Positions 30,320 through 40,000 of a DNA stretch of 64,000 nt are shown piece by piece (within the stretch, counting starts at the first letter, position 1; every line of letters begins with the position of its first letter). The notes beneath the pieces are model-generated. The model was not told the DNA's origin, made no database searches, and saw only the letters and a list, made by a program, of their open reading frames with translations. Position numbers and translations under genes: made by a program. Source of the stretch: Flavobacteriales bacterium (GTDB lineage Bacteria > Bacteroidota > Bacteroidia > Flavobacteriales_F > PHOS-HE28); NCBI GenBank assembly GCA_041391785.1, contig JAWKNI010000005.1:107945-171944 (forward strand). Direction: 5' to 3'.

Positions 30320-30923
30320 GGATAACGGTTCAGAGCACGGTGCCCCCACCAAAAGTAGGCCGGTACCAACGGAGCGCATCATCCTGGGCATCGACCCCGG
30401 GACCACGGTGATGGGGTTCGGGGTGTTGCTGGTGCATGGACGCAGCATTCGCTTGTTGGAGGCCGGATCGGTGCGGTTCCCCACAGGTGACGACCATACG
30501 CTAAAGCTGCGGGCCATTTTCGATCGGACGATCGAGATCATTGAACGGCATCATCCGGATGAATTGGCGATCGAAGCGCAGTTCTTCGGAAAGAACGTAC
30601 AGAGCATGTTGAAGCTCGGCAGGGCCCAGGGCGTGGCCATCGCAGCAGCGTTGCACCGTGAACTTGCCGTGGTGGAGTATGCACCGAAACGGGTGAAGAA
30701 GAGCATCACAGGGAATGGCAGCGCCAGCAAGGAACAGGTGGCGGCCATGCTGCTCGGCATCCTGGGCCTGCGCACGCTACCGGAGAGCACGGATGCCACC
30801 GATGCCGTGGCCGTGGCCGTCTGCCACCATTTCGCGAACGCCGGGAACAGGTCGCAGGGCACAGCTGCCGCTGGCAGGAATTGGAAGGCCTTCCTGCGCG
30901 ACAACCCGGACCGTATCCGTTAA
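30309..30923 (+). CDS. ruvC: Crossover junction endodeoxyribonuclease RuvC
   Basis: ...ERIILGIDPGTTVMGFGVL...EAQFFGKN...DATDAVAVAVCH canonical RuvC. No ATG/GTG within 15 codons upstream of ERIILG; nearest in-frame canonical start is TTG 30309. Confidence 0.75.
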   Translation: MRPTDNGSEHGAPTKSRPVPTERIILGIDPGTTVMGFGVLLVHGRSIRLLEAGSVRFPTGDDHTLKLRAIFDRTIEIIERHHPDELAIEAQFFGKNVQSMLKLGRAQGVAIAAALHRELAVVEYAPKRVKKSITGNGSASKEQVAAMLLGILGLRTLPESTDATDAVAVAVCHHFANAGNRSQGTAAAGRNWKAFLRDNPDRIR

Positions 30924-31309
30924 GCGTTGCGCAGGCGTTCCGCCGTCGCGGCAAGCGCCTCGTTGCTCATCGGGGCCCTTGGCCGGCTGAACTCCATGTC
31001 CGCGATACCGTTGATGGGCACCAGGTGGATGTGTGCGTGTGGCACTTCCAGGCCGATCACGGTCAGGCCCACGCGTTCACACGGCACCACGGCCTCTATC
31101 CTCCGGGCCACGCCACGCGCGAACAGCAGGATGCCCGAGAGGTCCTCATCCGGCAGGTCGAACAGGCGATCCACTTCCCGCTTCGGAATGACCAACGTGT
31201 GCCCTTCACGCAGCGGCTCGATGTCCAGGAACGCGAGGAAGCGCTCGTCCTCTGCCACTTTGTGGCAGGGGATCTCGCCATTCACGATCCTGGTGAAAAT
31301 GCTCGGCAT
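30920..31309 (-). CDS. HIT-family (histidine triad) hydrolase
   Basis: ...VPHAHIHLVP histidine triad; 129 aa. Stop overlaps ruvC stop (TTAA). Confidence 0.85.
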   Translation of the reverse strand: MPSIFTRIVNGEIPCHKVAEDERFLAFLDIEPLREGHTLVIPKREVDRLFDLPDEDLSGILLFARGVARRIEAVVPCERVGLTVIGLEVPHAHIHLVPINGIADMEFSRPRAPMSNEALAATAERLRNA

Positions 31310-31312
31310 GCC

Positions 31313-31786
31313 TCAGCGTGTGATCTCCAACACCTCGAATTTCGTGCTGCCCGTCGGCGTGATCACCTCGGCGACCTCGCCTACGCTCTTGCCCAGCAAA
31401 CCCTTGCCGATCGGTGAGGTGACACTGATCTTGCCGGTCCGCACATCGGCCTCACTCTCGGCCACGAGTGTAAAGCTGCGCTCCGATCCGTTGACCACCA
31501 TCCGCACCTTCACCGTTGTGTGGATGTACGCCTTGCTGGAGTCCAATTGGTCCGTATCGATCACACGCGCACTGGCCACCACCTCCTCCAGCTTTGCGAT
31601 ACGGGCCTCCAGCAATCCCTGCTCCTCCTTGGCGGCATGGTACTCGGCGTTCTCGCTCAGGTCGCCCTTGTCCCGGGCATCAGCGATCTGCTGGCTCAGG
31701 TGGGGACGGTCCACGGTCCGCATCTGGTGCAGCTCGTCCAACAATTTCTTGAGCCCTTCTTCGGTGTAGTAGGCCGTCGTACTCAT
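31313..31786 (-). CDS. greA: Transcription elongation factor GreA
   Basis: MSTTAYYTEEGLKKLLDELHQMRTVDRPHLSQQIADARDKGDLSENAEYHAAKEEQ... 157 aa; track ORF over-extended upstream. Confidence 0.9.
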   Translation of the reverse strand: MSTTAYYTEEGLKKLLDELHQMRTVDRPHLSQQIADARDKGDLSENAEYHAAKEEQGLLEARIAKLEEVVASARVIDTDQLDSSKAYIHTTVKVRMVVNGSERSFTLVAESEADVRTGKISVTSPIGKGLLGKSVGEVAEVITPTGSTKFEVLEITR

Positions 31787-31856
31787 GGCCGATGTGTTTG
31801 GTGATATAAGCAGAGAGGACCCCGAAAGGTCCTCTCCCAAAGTTAATGATCCAGTG

Positions 31857-32912
31857 TCAGAGGCTGATCCGGATACCGATGGTATGCACCCCCGAGAACG
31901 GGTTGGTGGTGCGGTAACCGTAGTCCAAAGCCAGTGCGGACTTCTTCTCCTCCCCGAAGGGGAAATCGACGCTGATACCGCCTGAAGGACCCGTGAACAC
32001 CGTGGTGCGGTCCTCGTCGCCGGTGATGCCCTTCTCGTAAAGGTAGCCGCCGCGCAGGTGGAACATCTTCTTGAAAGCGTATTCGACACCCACGACACCC
32101 TGGTCCTTGGTGAACGAGTTGGACACGAACGTTCCTGCGAACGTGATGCGGTGCATCTCACCCACATTCAGGTCGTATGCCGCCCCGATGTTCAGCAACG
32201 AGGGGATCTCGAAATTGTCCGAACGCTGCTCCAGTGTGAGCTGATCGCTTCCCTGGACCAACAAGCCCTGCACTGCCAGACCATCCCCGGAGAACTGCAT
32301 GGCAGGACCGACGTTCTTCAGCGCGATGCCGAAGTGCACGTTATCCGTAGGGCCGGTCACGTAATGGATGCCTGCATCAAAGCAAACACCTTGCGTGCGC
32401 ACGTTCGCGATCGACTCGGAAACCACGCGCACCAACAGCCCGCCATGGATGCTGTTGGAGAAGCTCTTCGCATACGACAAGCCGATGTTCGCCATGCTCG
32501 GGCTGAACGTGCCCCGACCACCTTCCGGCGAGTCGTATGTGGTCACTTCCAGGTCACCGAAGGACATGGTGGTCGCCGAGATGCCCAGCACTCCGGACTC
32601 CCCGAGCTTCTGCCCGATGCCCACGCTGTTGATGGTGACACCGGAACCTTCGAGCCAACGCGTGTTGGTGAAGAGCACCTCGGTCTTGTTCACCATGGCG
32701 AGCCCGGCGATGTTCCCGTACATCGCCTCGACCCCGCGCACCGATGCCGAGTTGGCAAGGCCCCAACCGGCAGAGCGTGCCCATGGGTTGATCAGCAGTT
32801 GCGTCGCACCGGCCGAACCAGCACGGTCCGGATTACCCGCATGCGCAGGCTGGCTCGCGACAGCTGCGATCACCCCGAGGATCGCTGTGGACCATTTCAT
32901 CGTTCGAATCAT
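31857..32912 (-). CDS. FadL/TodX-family outer-membrane beta-barrel, T9SS-associated (PorP/SprF- or PorV-like)
   Basis: Signal peptide; N-terminal LLINPWARSAGWGLANSASVRGVEAMYGNIAGLA resembles the FadL/PorV-family N-terminal motif; ends aromatic-rich ...GIRISL; 27 bp downstream of a T9SS cargo gene. Confidence 0.6.
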   Translation of the reverse strand: MIRTMKWSTAILGVIAAVASQPAHAGNPDRAGSAGATQLLINPWARSAGWGLANSASVRGVEAMYGNIAGLAMVNKTEVLFTNTRWLEGSGVTINSVGIGQKLGESGVLGISATTMSFGDLEVTTYDSPEGGRGTFSPSMANIGLSYAKSFSNSIHGGLLVRVVSESIANVRTQGVCFDAGIHYVTGPTDNVHFGIALKNVGPAMQFSGDGLAVQGLLVQGSDQLTLEQRSDNFEIPSLLNIGAAYDLNVGEMHRITFAGTFVSNSFTKDQGVVGVEYAFKKMFHLRGGYLYEKGITGDEDRTTVFTGPSGGISVDFPFGEEKKSALALDYGYRTTNPFSGVHTIGIRISL

Positions 32913-32939
32913 TTTCCTAGATCTCGTTAGGTCGTCCGC

Positions 32940-35900
32940 TTAGAAGTTCTGGAGGTCCAGTGGTCGCAATGCGCCGAACCATTTGAGCACCTTCTCCCCT
33001 ACGCCGGGAACGTCGATGTGACAGATGTACACACCACCCGCGATCGGGATGTTGCTGGCGTTCTTCAGGTCCCAATCCAGGTAGGTCAGGTCATTGTCCT
33101 TGCGGAACTTGCGCACCAGCGTACCACTGACGTTGTAGATGCTGATCGTGCAGACCTGTGGCAGGTTGATGAACTTTACCCGGTTGTCCAAACGGGTCTG
33201 CTCATAGCCGCTGAATCCGTAGTAAGGGTTGGGCACCACATTGATGATGTCCAGGGATGCATCGGCCACGGCATTGTCGTTCGTTCCCACCTCGTAGCCC
33301 GCTGTACCGAAGGTGTACAGCGGCAGTCCGTTGTTGCGGGTGGGACCGATGGGCTGCGGGGTACCGGCGTAGTCCCCGTAGCTCTTGTACGGCTGTTTGG
33401 TGTTCAGTACGATAGTAACATCGGTCGCCAGCAGCTCCGTGCCCGGCAGCCTGATGGCACTGCCCACCCAGGAGACCGCGCGGAACAGACGGCGCAGGGG
33501 CTCCGGCTGGGTGGTCTGGATCAGCCCGTGGATGAACCGGCACTCGTCGTAGGCCGGCACACGGTTGTCCGCATTCGCCAGGCGACGGTCGTTCTTGAAC
33601 ACATAGATCCAATGGCAGCCACCGAATACGGGATCGCCATTGCTGGTGTAGAGCACATCGCTCGGGTTCCAGATCATGTCCCGGCCGATCTCACCACCCC
33701 AGAAGCTGTTCTCACCGTAGGCCATGTTCAGGCGCTCTCCGGTCTCGAGGTCGATGGCATAACCGGGGAACCAACCAGCTCCTGTGGGTTGCGCACCGCC
33801 AAGAGTGGCCTCATCCTCGTTCACACCGGGCGAGCCGGACTTGCGACCGTTCTTGTCGATGCTGGGCGAGGCACGCAGCGAAAGCTTCGCAGCACCGCCT
33901 TCGGAGAGGCTCACATCGGCCTCCTGCTCAAGCACCACGGCGCGCGTCCATTTGCTCTTGTCCGCGGTGATCACCAACTGGATGCTCGGGGTCTCCGCGA
34001 TCGGTGATACGCTGGACTGCGAGAGCGAGACCTGCTGGGTGTTGCTCGGTTGGAACGGTGCCTGCCCGACCAATGCCCATGGCGCCCATGTACCACCGAG
34101 GATGGCCTCGTACAACTGATCGTTGTCCTTGCCCACACGGTCGTTGTAGATCACATCCGCATCCAGTGCTTCGAAGATGCCGGAACGGATCCAGTTCTGT
34201 GGATTCACACCTTCAGCGTCGGAGATGCCACCGAACCAGGCCAGGGATTGATCCTTGTGAACAAGCGTACCGGAGCCGATGGGTTCCGTGAAGATGTCAC
34301 CGGTACCACCCGAACCCGTGGCCGTGTACTGCACCTGCCCGATGCGGACACTGAGGCCCCACTTCAGCAGCAACTGCTCATAGCGCAGGTCGATCGCACG
34401 ATCGCTGAACACGGTGTCGTTGGTACTCAGGTTCACGATGTACCAGTAGGCGTCATTCAAGTCACCCGGTGTGATGCTGTCCTGGAACCACACCTCGAAC
34501 TGTGCATCGGGGACGGCCAACGGATCGACCACGCGCACTTCGATGGGTCCGGAACCGACCTTGTACTTCAGCTGGTCCTGGCGCCATGGCGAACCGGAAA
34601 GGATCGCGTCCACGGTGCTTTGCTCCATCTCCAACCGCAGGCCACCATTGCCCTGGCCTTCAAGGCGTGTGATCTGCATGGCATCACCGAAGTCGGCATT
34701 CTGTGCGGTGCCTCCCTGCTCGGGGGATGGCTTGTGCGGAATGCCAACGTAGGAGCGGATCGAACCGAACGCTGCCTTACGACCCGCCACGTACGGGAAG
34801 GCCTGGCCCGTACCGTCCGCAGGGTTGAATGGTGCGTAATTGTTGTATCCGTAGCTGATCGCCAGGTAGTAGTACGACTTGAAGTTCACCAATGCCGGAT
34901 TGCCTTGAGCGAACCTGTCCTCCGTGATGCGGATCGCGTGCACCACCCCGGCATCAGCACCATTCACCTGCTCACTCGGAACGGTGAGTCCCAACTGATC
35001 ATTGAAGTCGTAGTTGATCAACTGACCGACGCCGTCCTCAAGGTCACCTTGATAGACCAGTCGGGCACTTTCGATATCGTCCAGGTCGGCCACACTCACG
35101 GTCGCATCGCGCAACTGATACACCTTGTACCCCTGGAAGCGGTACTCGCGGTCGTACATCTCACCATTCGGGCCTTGCTCCGGGATGATGGGGTCCACTT
35201 CCACATACTCTTCGTTCTCGTTGTTGCTACCCTGCGGGTTGACCAGGTAAATGATCAGCTCCTTGTCCAACTCCTGGATCACGAGGTCCGGTGCATCGGG
35301 ACCATCAAGGATCTTGAAGCAGTTGTCGAACAACGCCTGGGCCTTGTCATCCGCAACGCGCAGCGGGCCTACGCTGGCTGCCGCACCACCGGAGGAGGCG
35401 CGTGCGAACACGACACCCACGGTAACGTTGTTGTATGCACCGGGCTCCAAGGTGAAGGGACCGGCACTTTGCACGAAACGACGGTCCGGCAATGCAGGGG
35501 TCGGCGTGGTCTCGCGCCAATCCGCCTGGGTCACACAGTTCGTACCCCAGCCCACCACATCGGAGTCCCATGGGAACATGTAATAGGCCCGCACTGCATT
35601 CGGATCCTCCGAATAGCCATTGCCACCATAGGTCTGTGGGCGGTTGTTCTTCCAGACGCTTTGCAGGTAATTGTAGAAGTGCGAGGCATTGTCCGGGTCG
35701 GTCAGGTTGGCGTTCCCCTCGCGGTTGAAGTAGATGAAGGCACGCATGCCGAAGCGCTCGTTGTCGGGAACCGAGTCTCCATAGCCGATGCCCAGGCCTT
35801 TGTACGGGATACCATCCTGGTCACGAGCGATGATGCAATCCAACACCTCAGCGTTCGTGAGTGGACCAGGGTTGTCCACGCCGTCCGCATCCTGGTAAGG

Positions 35901-37052
35901 ACCTTCGAAGAAGTCCACCCCGATGGCCGGGGGTTGCGCGCCATAACCGATGCTCTGCCCTTGCTGGCACGTGGCGTCAACGTCCTGCCAGTTGTACGCG
36001 AAGCCGAGACCGCGTTGGATGTCGCAACCCACGAAGTCATCATCCGGGCAACCCAGATCGGCATCAACGAAGTGGCCGAAATAGGTGTTCGTCAGGGTCT
36101 GTGAACCCTGGTTGATGACCGTGTAGTTGTAGAAGGTCATGTTGTTGATCTCGTCGTTCGCATTGAACGAGAAGGCCTGAGCACGCACTTCCAGACCGAT
36201 CGGCTGCCCCAAGGTCTCCGTGTGGGCATCGCCTTTGTCATTGAAGATCCAGTAGATGTTGTTGTCACCGAAGAGGGATACAGGGTCCTCACGACGCTTG
36301 TTCTTGCAGTCCTCCACCGAGGTCTCGAACCCGTAGTCGGGATAATCACCGGAGAACGGGTCGTAGAATTCATCGCCATCCACGTCGATGAACGGGGCGA
36401 GGTGCAGGTCCTGTCCGGCATCCACGTTGCCGTTCGCCGGCCACTCCACGAAGGCTGGGGGCACGCTGTACCCGTCCGGGAAGATCTCATCGAGGTCGCA
36501 ATCCGGATCCTGCTGGCAGTTGTACCACTGGATGTGTGCTTCCGCCTGCGCCCGGCTGGTGGTGTAGAACTTGTCGTACTCTGCGCACACATCGGAAGTG
36601 ACGGACGCAAGACCATCATTGGTCAGGGGCCCGGGCCAGAAGTCGTTACCGTCCGCCCGATAGAGCACCGCCGCGATCTTCAACTGACCCGCACTGGAGA
36701 GGCCACCCATCCACAGCGAACCGGCATAGATGGCGTTCGGACCGCTGAAATCATCGGTCTTCGGCACTTCATAACCGGAGCGCGCGGTACCACCACGACG
36801 GGTCCATACGTTGCCACCGTTCTCGATCACCGCACGCACGTTGTTGAAGTTCAACTGCGTCACCTGCGATGCCGGTGAACAAGCGGCCGCCTTGGCAGCA
36901 CCCACCGCGCCGGAGTTGCCGGCCATGCCTGCCTGGCGTGGCGGTTCCTTGGCGTGGACGATGGCGCCCAGGGTCAACGCGAGGCACAGAGCGAAGGTTC
37001 TGGTAGGAATTGCGCTGTGTAAGCCTTTCATGATCTGCAGTCGTTTGTTCAT
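32940..37052 (-). CDS. Very large (1370 aa) secreted T9SS cargo protein with C-terminal sorting domain (type-B-like)
   Basis: Signal peptide; last ~100 aa VVPNPYYGFSGYE...FINLPQVCTISIYNVSGTLVRKF...LDWDLKNASNIPIAGGVYICHIDVPGVGEKVLKWFGALRP resembles T9SS CTD (xPNxxxG.., NLP..IY..G, W....P..GxY pattern of gliding-motility-type CTD). ATG overlaps upstream TBDR stop (ATGA). Confidence 0.7.
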   Translation of the reverse strand: MNKRLQIMKGLHSAIPTRTFALCLALTLGAIVHAKEPPRQAGMAGNSGAVGAAKAAACSPASQVTQLNFNNVRAVIENGGNVWTRRGGTARSGYEVPKTDDFSGPNAIYAGSLWMGGLSSAGQLKIAAVLYRADGNDFWPGPLTNDGLASVTSDVCAEYDKFYTTSRAQAEAHIQWYNCQQDPDCDLDEIFPDGYSVPPAFVEWPANGNVDAGQDLHLAPFIDVDGDEFYDPFSGDYPDYGFETSVEDCKNKRREDPVSLFGDNNIYWIFNDKGDAHTETLGQPIGLEVRAQAFSFNANDEINNMTFYNYTVINQGSQTLTNTYFGHFVDADLGCPDDDFVGCDIQRGLGFAYNWQDVDATCQQGQSIGYGAQPPAIGVDFFEGPYQDADGVDNPGPLTNAEVLDCIIARDQDGIPYKGLGIGYGDSVPDNERFGMRAFIYFNREGNANLTDPDNASHFYNYLQSVWKNNRPQTYGGNGYSEDPNAVRAYYMFPWDSDVVGWGTNCVTQADWRETTPTPALPDRRFVQSAGPFTLEPGAYNNVTVGVVFARASSGGAAASVGPLRVADDKAQALFDNCFKILDGPDAPDLVIQELDKELIIYLVNPQGSNNENEEYVEVDPIIPEQGPNGEMYDREYRFQGYKVYQLRDATVSVADLDDIESARLVYQGDLEDGVGQLINYDFNDQLGLTVPSEQVNGADAGVVHAIRITEDRFAQGNPALVNFKSYYYLAISYGYNNYAPFNPADGTGQAFPYVAGRKAAFGSIRSYVGIPHKPSPEQGGTAQNADFGDAMQITRLEGQGNGGLRLEMEQSTVDAILSGSPWRQDQLKYKVGSGPIEVRVVDPLAVPDAQFEVWFQDSITPGDLNDAYWYIVNLSTNDTVFSDRAIDLRYEQLLLKWGLSVRIGQVQYTATGSGGTGDIFTEPIGSGTLVHKDQSLAWFGGISDAEGVNPQNWIRSGIFEALDADVIYNDRVGKDNDQLYEAILGGTWAPWALVGQAPFQPSNTQQVSLSQSSVSPIAETPSIQLVITADKSKWTRAVVLEQEADVSLSEGGAAKLSLRASPSIDKNGRKSGSPGVNEDEATLGGAQPTGAGWFPGYAIDLETGERLNMAYGENSFWGGEIGRDMIWNPSDVLYTSNGDPVFGGCHWIYVFKNDRRLANADNRVPAYDECRFIHGLIQTTQPEPLRRLFRAVSWVGSAIRLPGTELLATDVTIVLNTKQPYKSYGDYAGTPQPIGPTRNNGLPLYTFGTAGYEVGTNDNAVADASLDIINVVPNPYYGFSGYEQTRLDNRVKFINLPQVCTISIYNVSGTLVRKFRKDNDLTYLDWDLKNASNIPIAGGVYICHIDVPGVGEKVLKWFGALRPLDLQNF

Positions 37053-40000
37053 CAGAAATCGAAACGGACACCAAGACGGATGGTGCGGGGTGCACCGTAG
37101 TTATCGGGAGTATTGATCTTCAGCGCGTACAGGTCGCGGAACGAATCGGGATCGATCTGGGAACGATCCGTGAGCTGGGCGAGGTAGCCATCGTTGTCCG
37201 GCGAACCCGTGTAGCGATACACCCCGGTGATGTTCTGTGTGTTGAAGACGTTCGTCACCAGGAGGTAGATGTTCAGGTTGGCGCTCTTGGCCTTGTCCCC
37301 TTCCTCACCACCGAAGCTCAGGGTGATGTCGCGGTCCAGCTGAAGGTCGGTGGTGAACTGCCAGGGTAGACGCGCACCGTTCAGCGTACCATCCAGGCGG
37401 TAGTTCGTGTTCTCCACGGCCTCGTTCACCACCTGGCTGCTGCGGCTGTACGGTGTTCCGCTTCCGAGGATGCCCACCACGTTCAGACCGGTGCGCTGGA
37501 AGATGGGCTTGCCGAAGAGCATCGGACCGTTGTAATCCTTGCCGGCACCATAGCGGAAGTCCATCGTCGCGGCGAAGCGGTGGCGCTGGTCGAAGTCGAG
37601 CGGCACGATGGTCCGCAGGTTGGCCTGGCCGGAGTTCACCAGGCTCACGCCGGTGTTCGGACCTGAACCGGTACCGTCGGCGAACTGCAGGGTGTAGCTC
37701 GCGCGCATCCACACGTTGCCGGTGCGACGGAGGTCGAAGGATGCGGTGAAGCCCTTCACCGTACCGAAGTCGATGTTCTCATAGGTGCGGTAGGAACGCG
37801 GCCATGCGTTGTTGCGGTTCACGATCTGGATCTGGTCGCGCAGTTCGCGGTAGAACGCGGAAAGCTTCAATGAAGAGGATTTGCTCAACACCTGCTGGAA
37901 GCCCAGTTCGTAGTCGATCGTCTTGGTGGGGCTCAGGTCCGGGTTGTTCAGGATGTTGCCCGTGGTGAAGTTGTAGGCATACTCCAACAGGTCACCCCGC
38001 GATTGCAGCGCGTTCGGACGCTGGGTGAGGACATCGTAGTGGGCGAAGAACACGGCCTCATCCGAGATCGGGAAGGAGAATGCGACGCGGGGCATCACGT
38101 TCACCACCGGGGTGTAATCCCGGAAGGCCTTGCGGCTCAATTCGGAACCCGGCAGGTCATCCGCATCGCCACCCTCGATCAGGTACGGGCGGATCTGGCC
38201 GGCCTCCTGCACGGAGTTGCCTCCATCATTCAACTCCACACCGGTGGGGCTGTACCAGATGTCGCCATCGCGGTAGCCCTTGATCGTGTTCGGTGAGCCG
38301 AAGTTGTCCACATACACTACGAAGTCATCGCCGATGTTGCCCGGGCGGTTCGCCAATTGTGCGGCGATGTCAGCATCGGGCACAGCCGATCCGGCGGTGT
38401 ACGCCTCCTGCCACAGGTACGGATCCGTGAGCACGTTCTGGTTCGCATCGTAGCGGTCCACACGTACCCCGACGTTGAAGATGATGTCGTCGAAGGCGAA
38501 CTTGTCCATCACATATCCAGCGATGTAGATCGGCTCGAACGGCGCCTGCAGACGGGTGAAGTTCCCCTTCTCGTCCTTGGCGGTGAAGAAGCTGTCGAAG
38601 CTGGGTTTGCTGGTAAGCTTGTTGCCCAGGTGGTCATAACCCACGTAGCTCACGAGGTTGTTCCCGTTGTTGATCAACTCATCCGGTGCGAACATGTCCA
38701 GGGAGAAAACACCCGGATCGAGGGCATCGATGTCGATGAAGTCCGCTCCGTTCGGATCCAGGCCGAGCGCTTCACGCAGGCTGCGATCGAACGTGGACTG
38801 GCGGGAGAGGTCGTTGTTCCGGGAGTAGAAGTAGAACGGCAGGGAGTTGGGGATCTGCACGATGTTCGTCACAGCGGTATCCTGCCACTCCAGGATGTGG
38901 GCATTGCCCAGTGCGCGCGCCCGCGTCCACAGGCCGATCGGGGCCAGGTCGTAGCGGCGCTGGGTGAGCTGTTCATATTCCACCCCGACCGAAACGGCGT
39001 GCTGGTTGATGTCCGCACTACCAAACGCCGTGAACCGGATCTGATCGTTCTGGCGCTTGCGGTACTCCGCCCCGTTGGGGTCATCGATGAAGCCGATGTT
39101 GTTCCAGATGTCGTAAAGACCCCGTGGACGCAGACCGTTCCAGATCACCCCACGGGACTGGGTCTCGGCGAAGTTCTGGTAAAAGCCGACGTAGTTCGGA
39201 TCGGAACCTTGCGGCGCACCGAAGAGTTCCTGGATGGGGAAGTTCTCCTGCGGGAAGGCGTTGAAGTAGAAGTTGTTGATCGAGGCGAGGTCGGGGTTCT
39301 GGGTACCCGGTGTGAAGGTGACGAGGGTGTCGCGCTCCCCGATCTGCACCCACCGCGAATCACGCAGTTCGAACCGCGGTGCACGGTAGGTGTTGAACCG
39401 ACCGACATAACCGTAGTCGAAGAAGTTGTCGCCGTGCACGAAATCCTCCACATTGCTTTGGTAGCGTGAGTAATCCAACTGCAGCGAGTAGAAGGCGTTC
39501 TGGATCGTGGAGCGCTTCTCCTCCTCCTCGGTACGGTTGAGGAAGCGTTGGGTGAACTTCACGAAGCCCCTCCAGGTGGTCTCCTTCACCCGGTAGTTGT
39601 TCTCCGCGTTCAACAGCGCGTTCTTCCGGTTGTAGTCCTGGCGGTTACCGTAATCGAATGACCCACCCACGGAGAGGTTGATGGTGGGCGTGGTGGTGAT
39701 GTCCAACTTGCCGGATGCCAGGTAGCTGGTCTTACCTGCGTTCTGGCGGGTCTTCAAGGTCTCCGTGTCGCCGGTGCGCAGGAATTCGCTGCTGTACCCA
39801 AGGGTGAAATCATTTGCACCGCTGGGGAGCAGGCGGGCGGGGTCGGAAAGAATGGCATCCCGCACCTCGGGTCGCACGCGGATGTCCCCGATGTAGGACG
39901 GGGCATCATCGACGACATCGGTGAACTGACCGGAAACGAAGAACCCGATCAGGGGCTTGTCCTTGTTGCCAAGGCTGTCCTTCTTGAAGAGGATAGGACC

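Noticed and set aside
32940-37052. Calling the 1370-aa protein PorU (T9SS C-terminal signal peptidase)
   Set aside because: Size and the porV-like neighbour suggested PorU. However, no gingipain/C25-like catalytic His/Cys context is recognisable, and the C-terminus looks like a cargo sorting domain. Treated as cargo instead.
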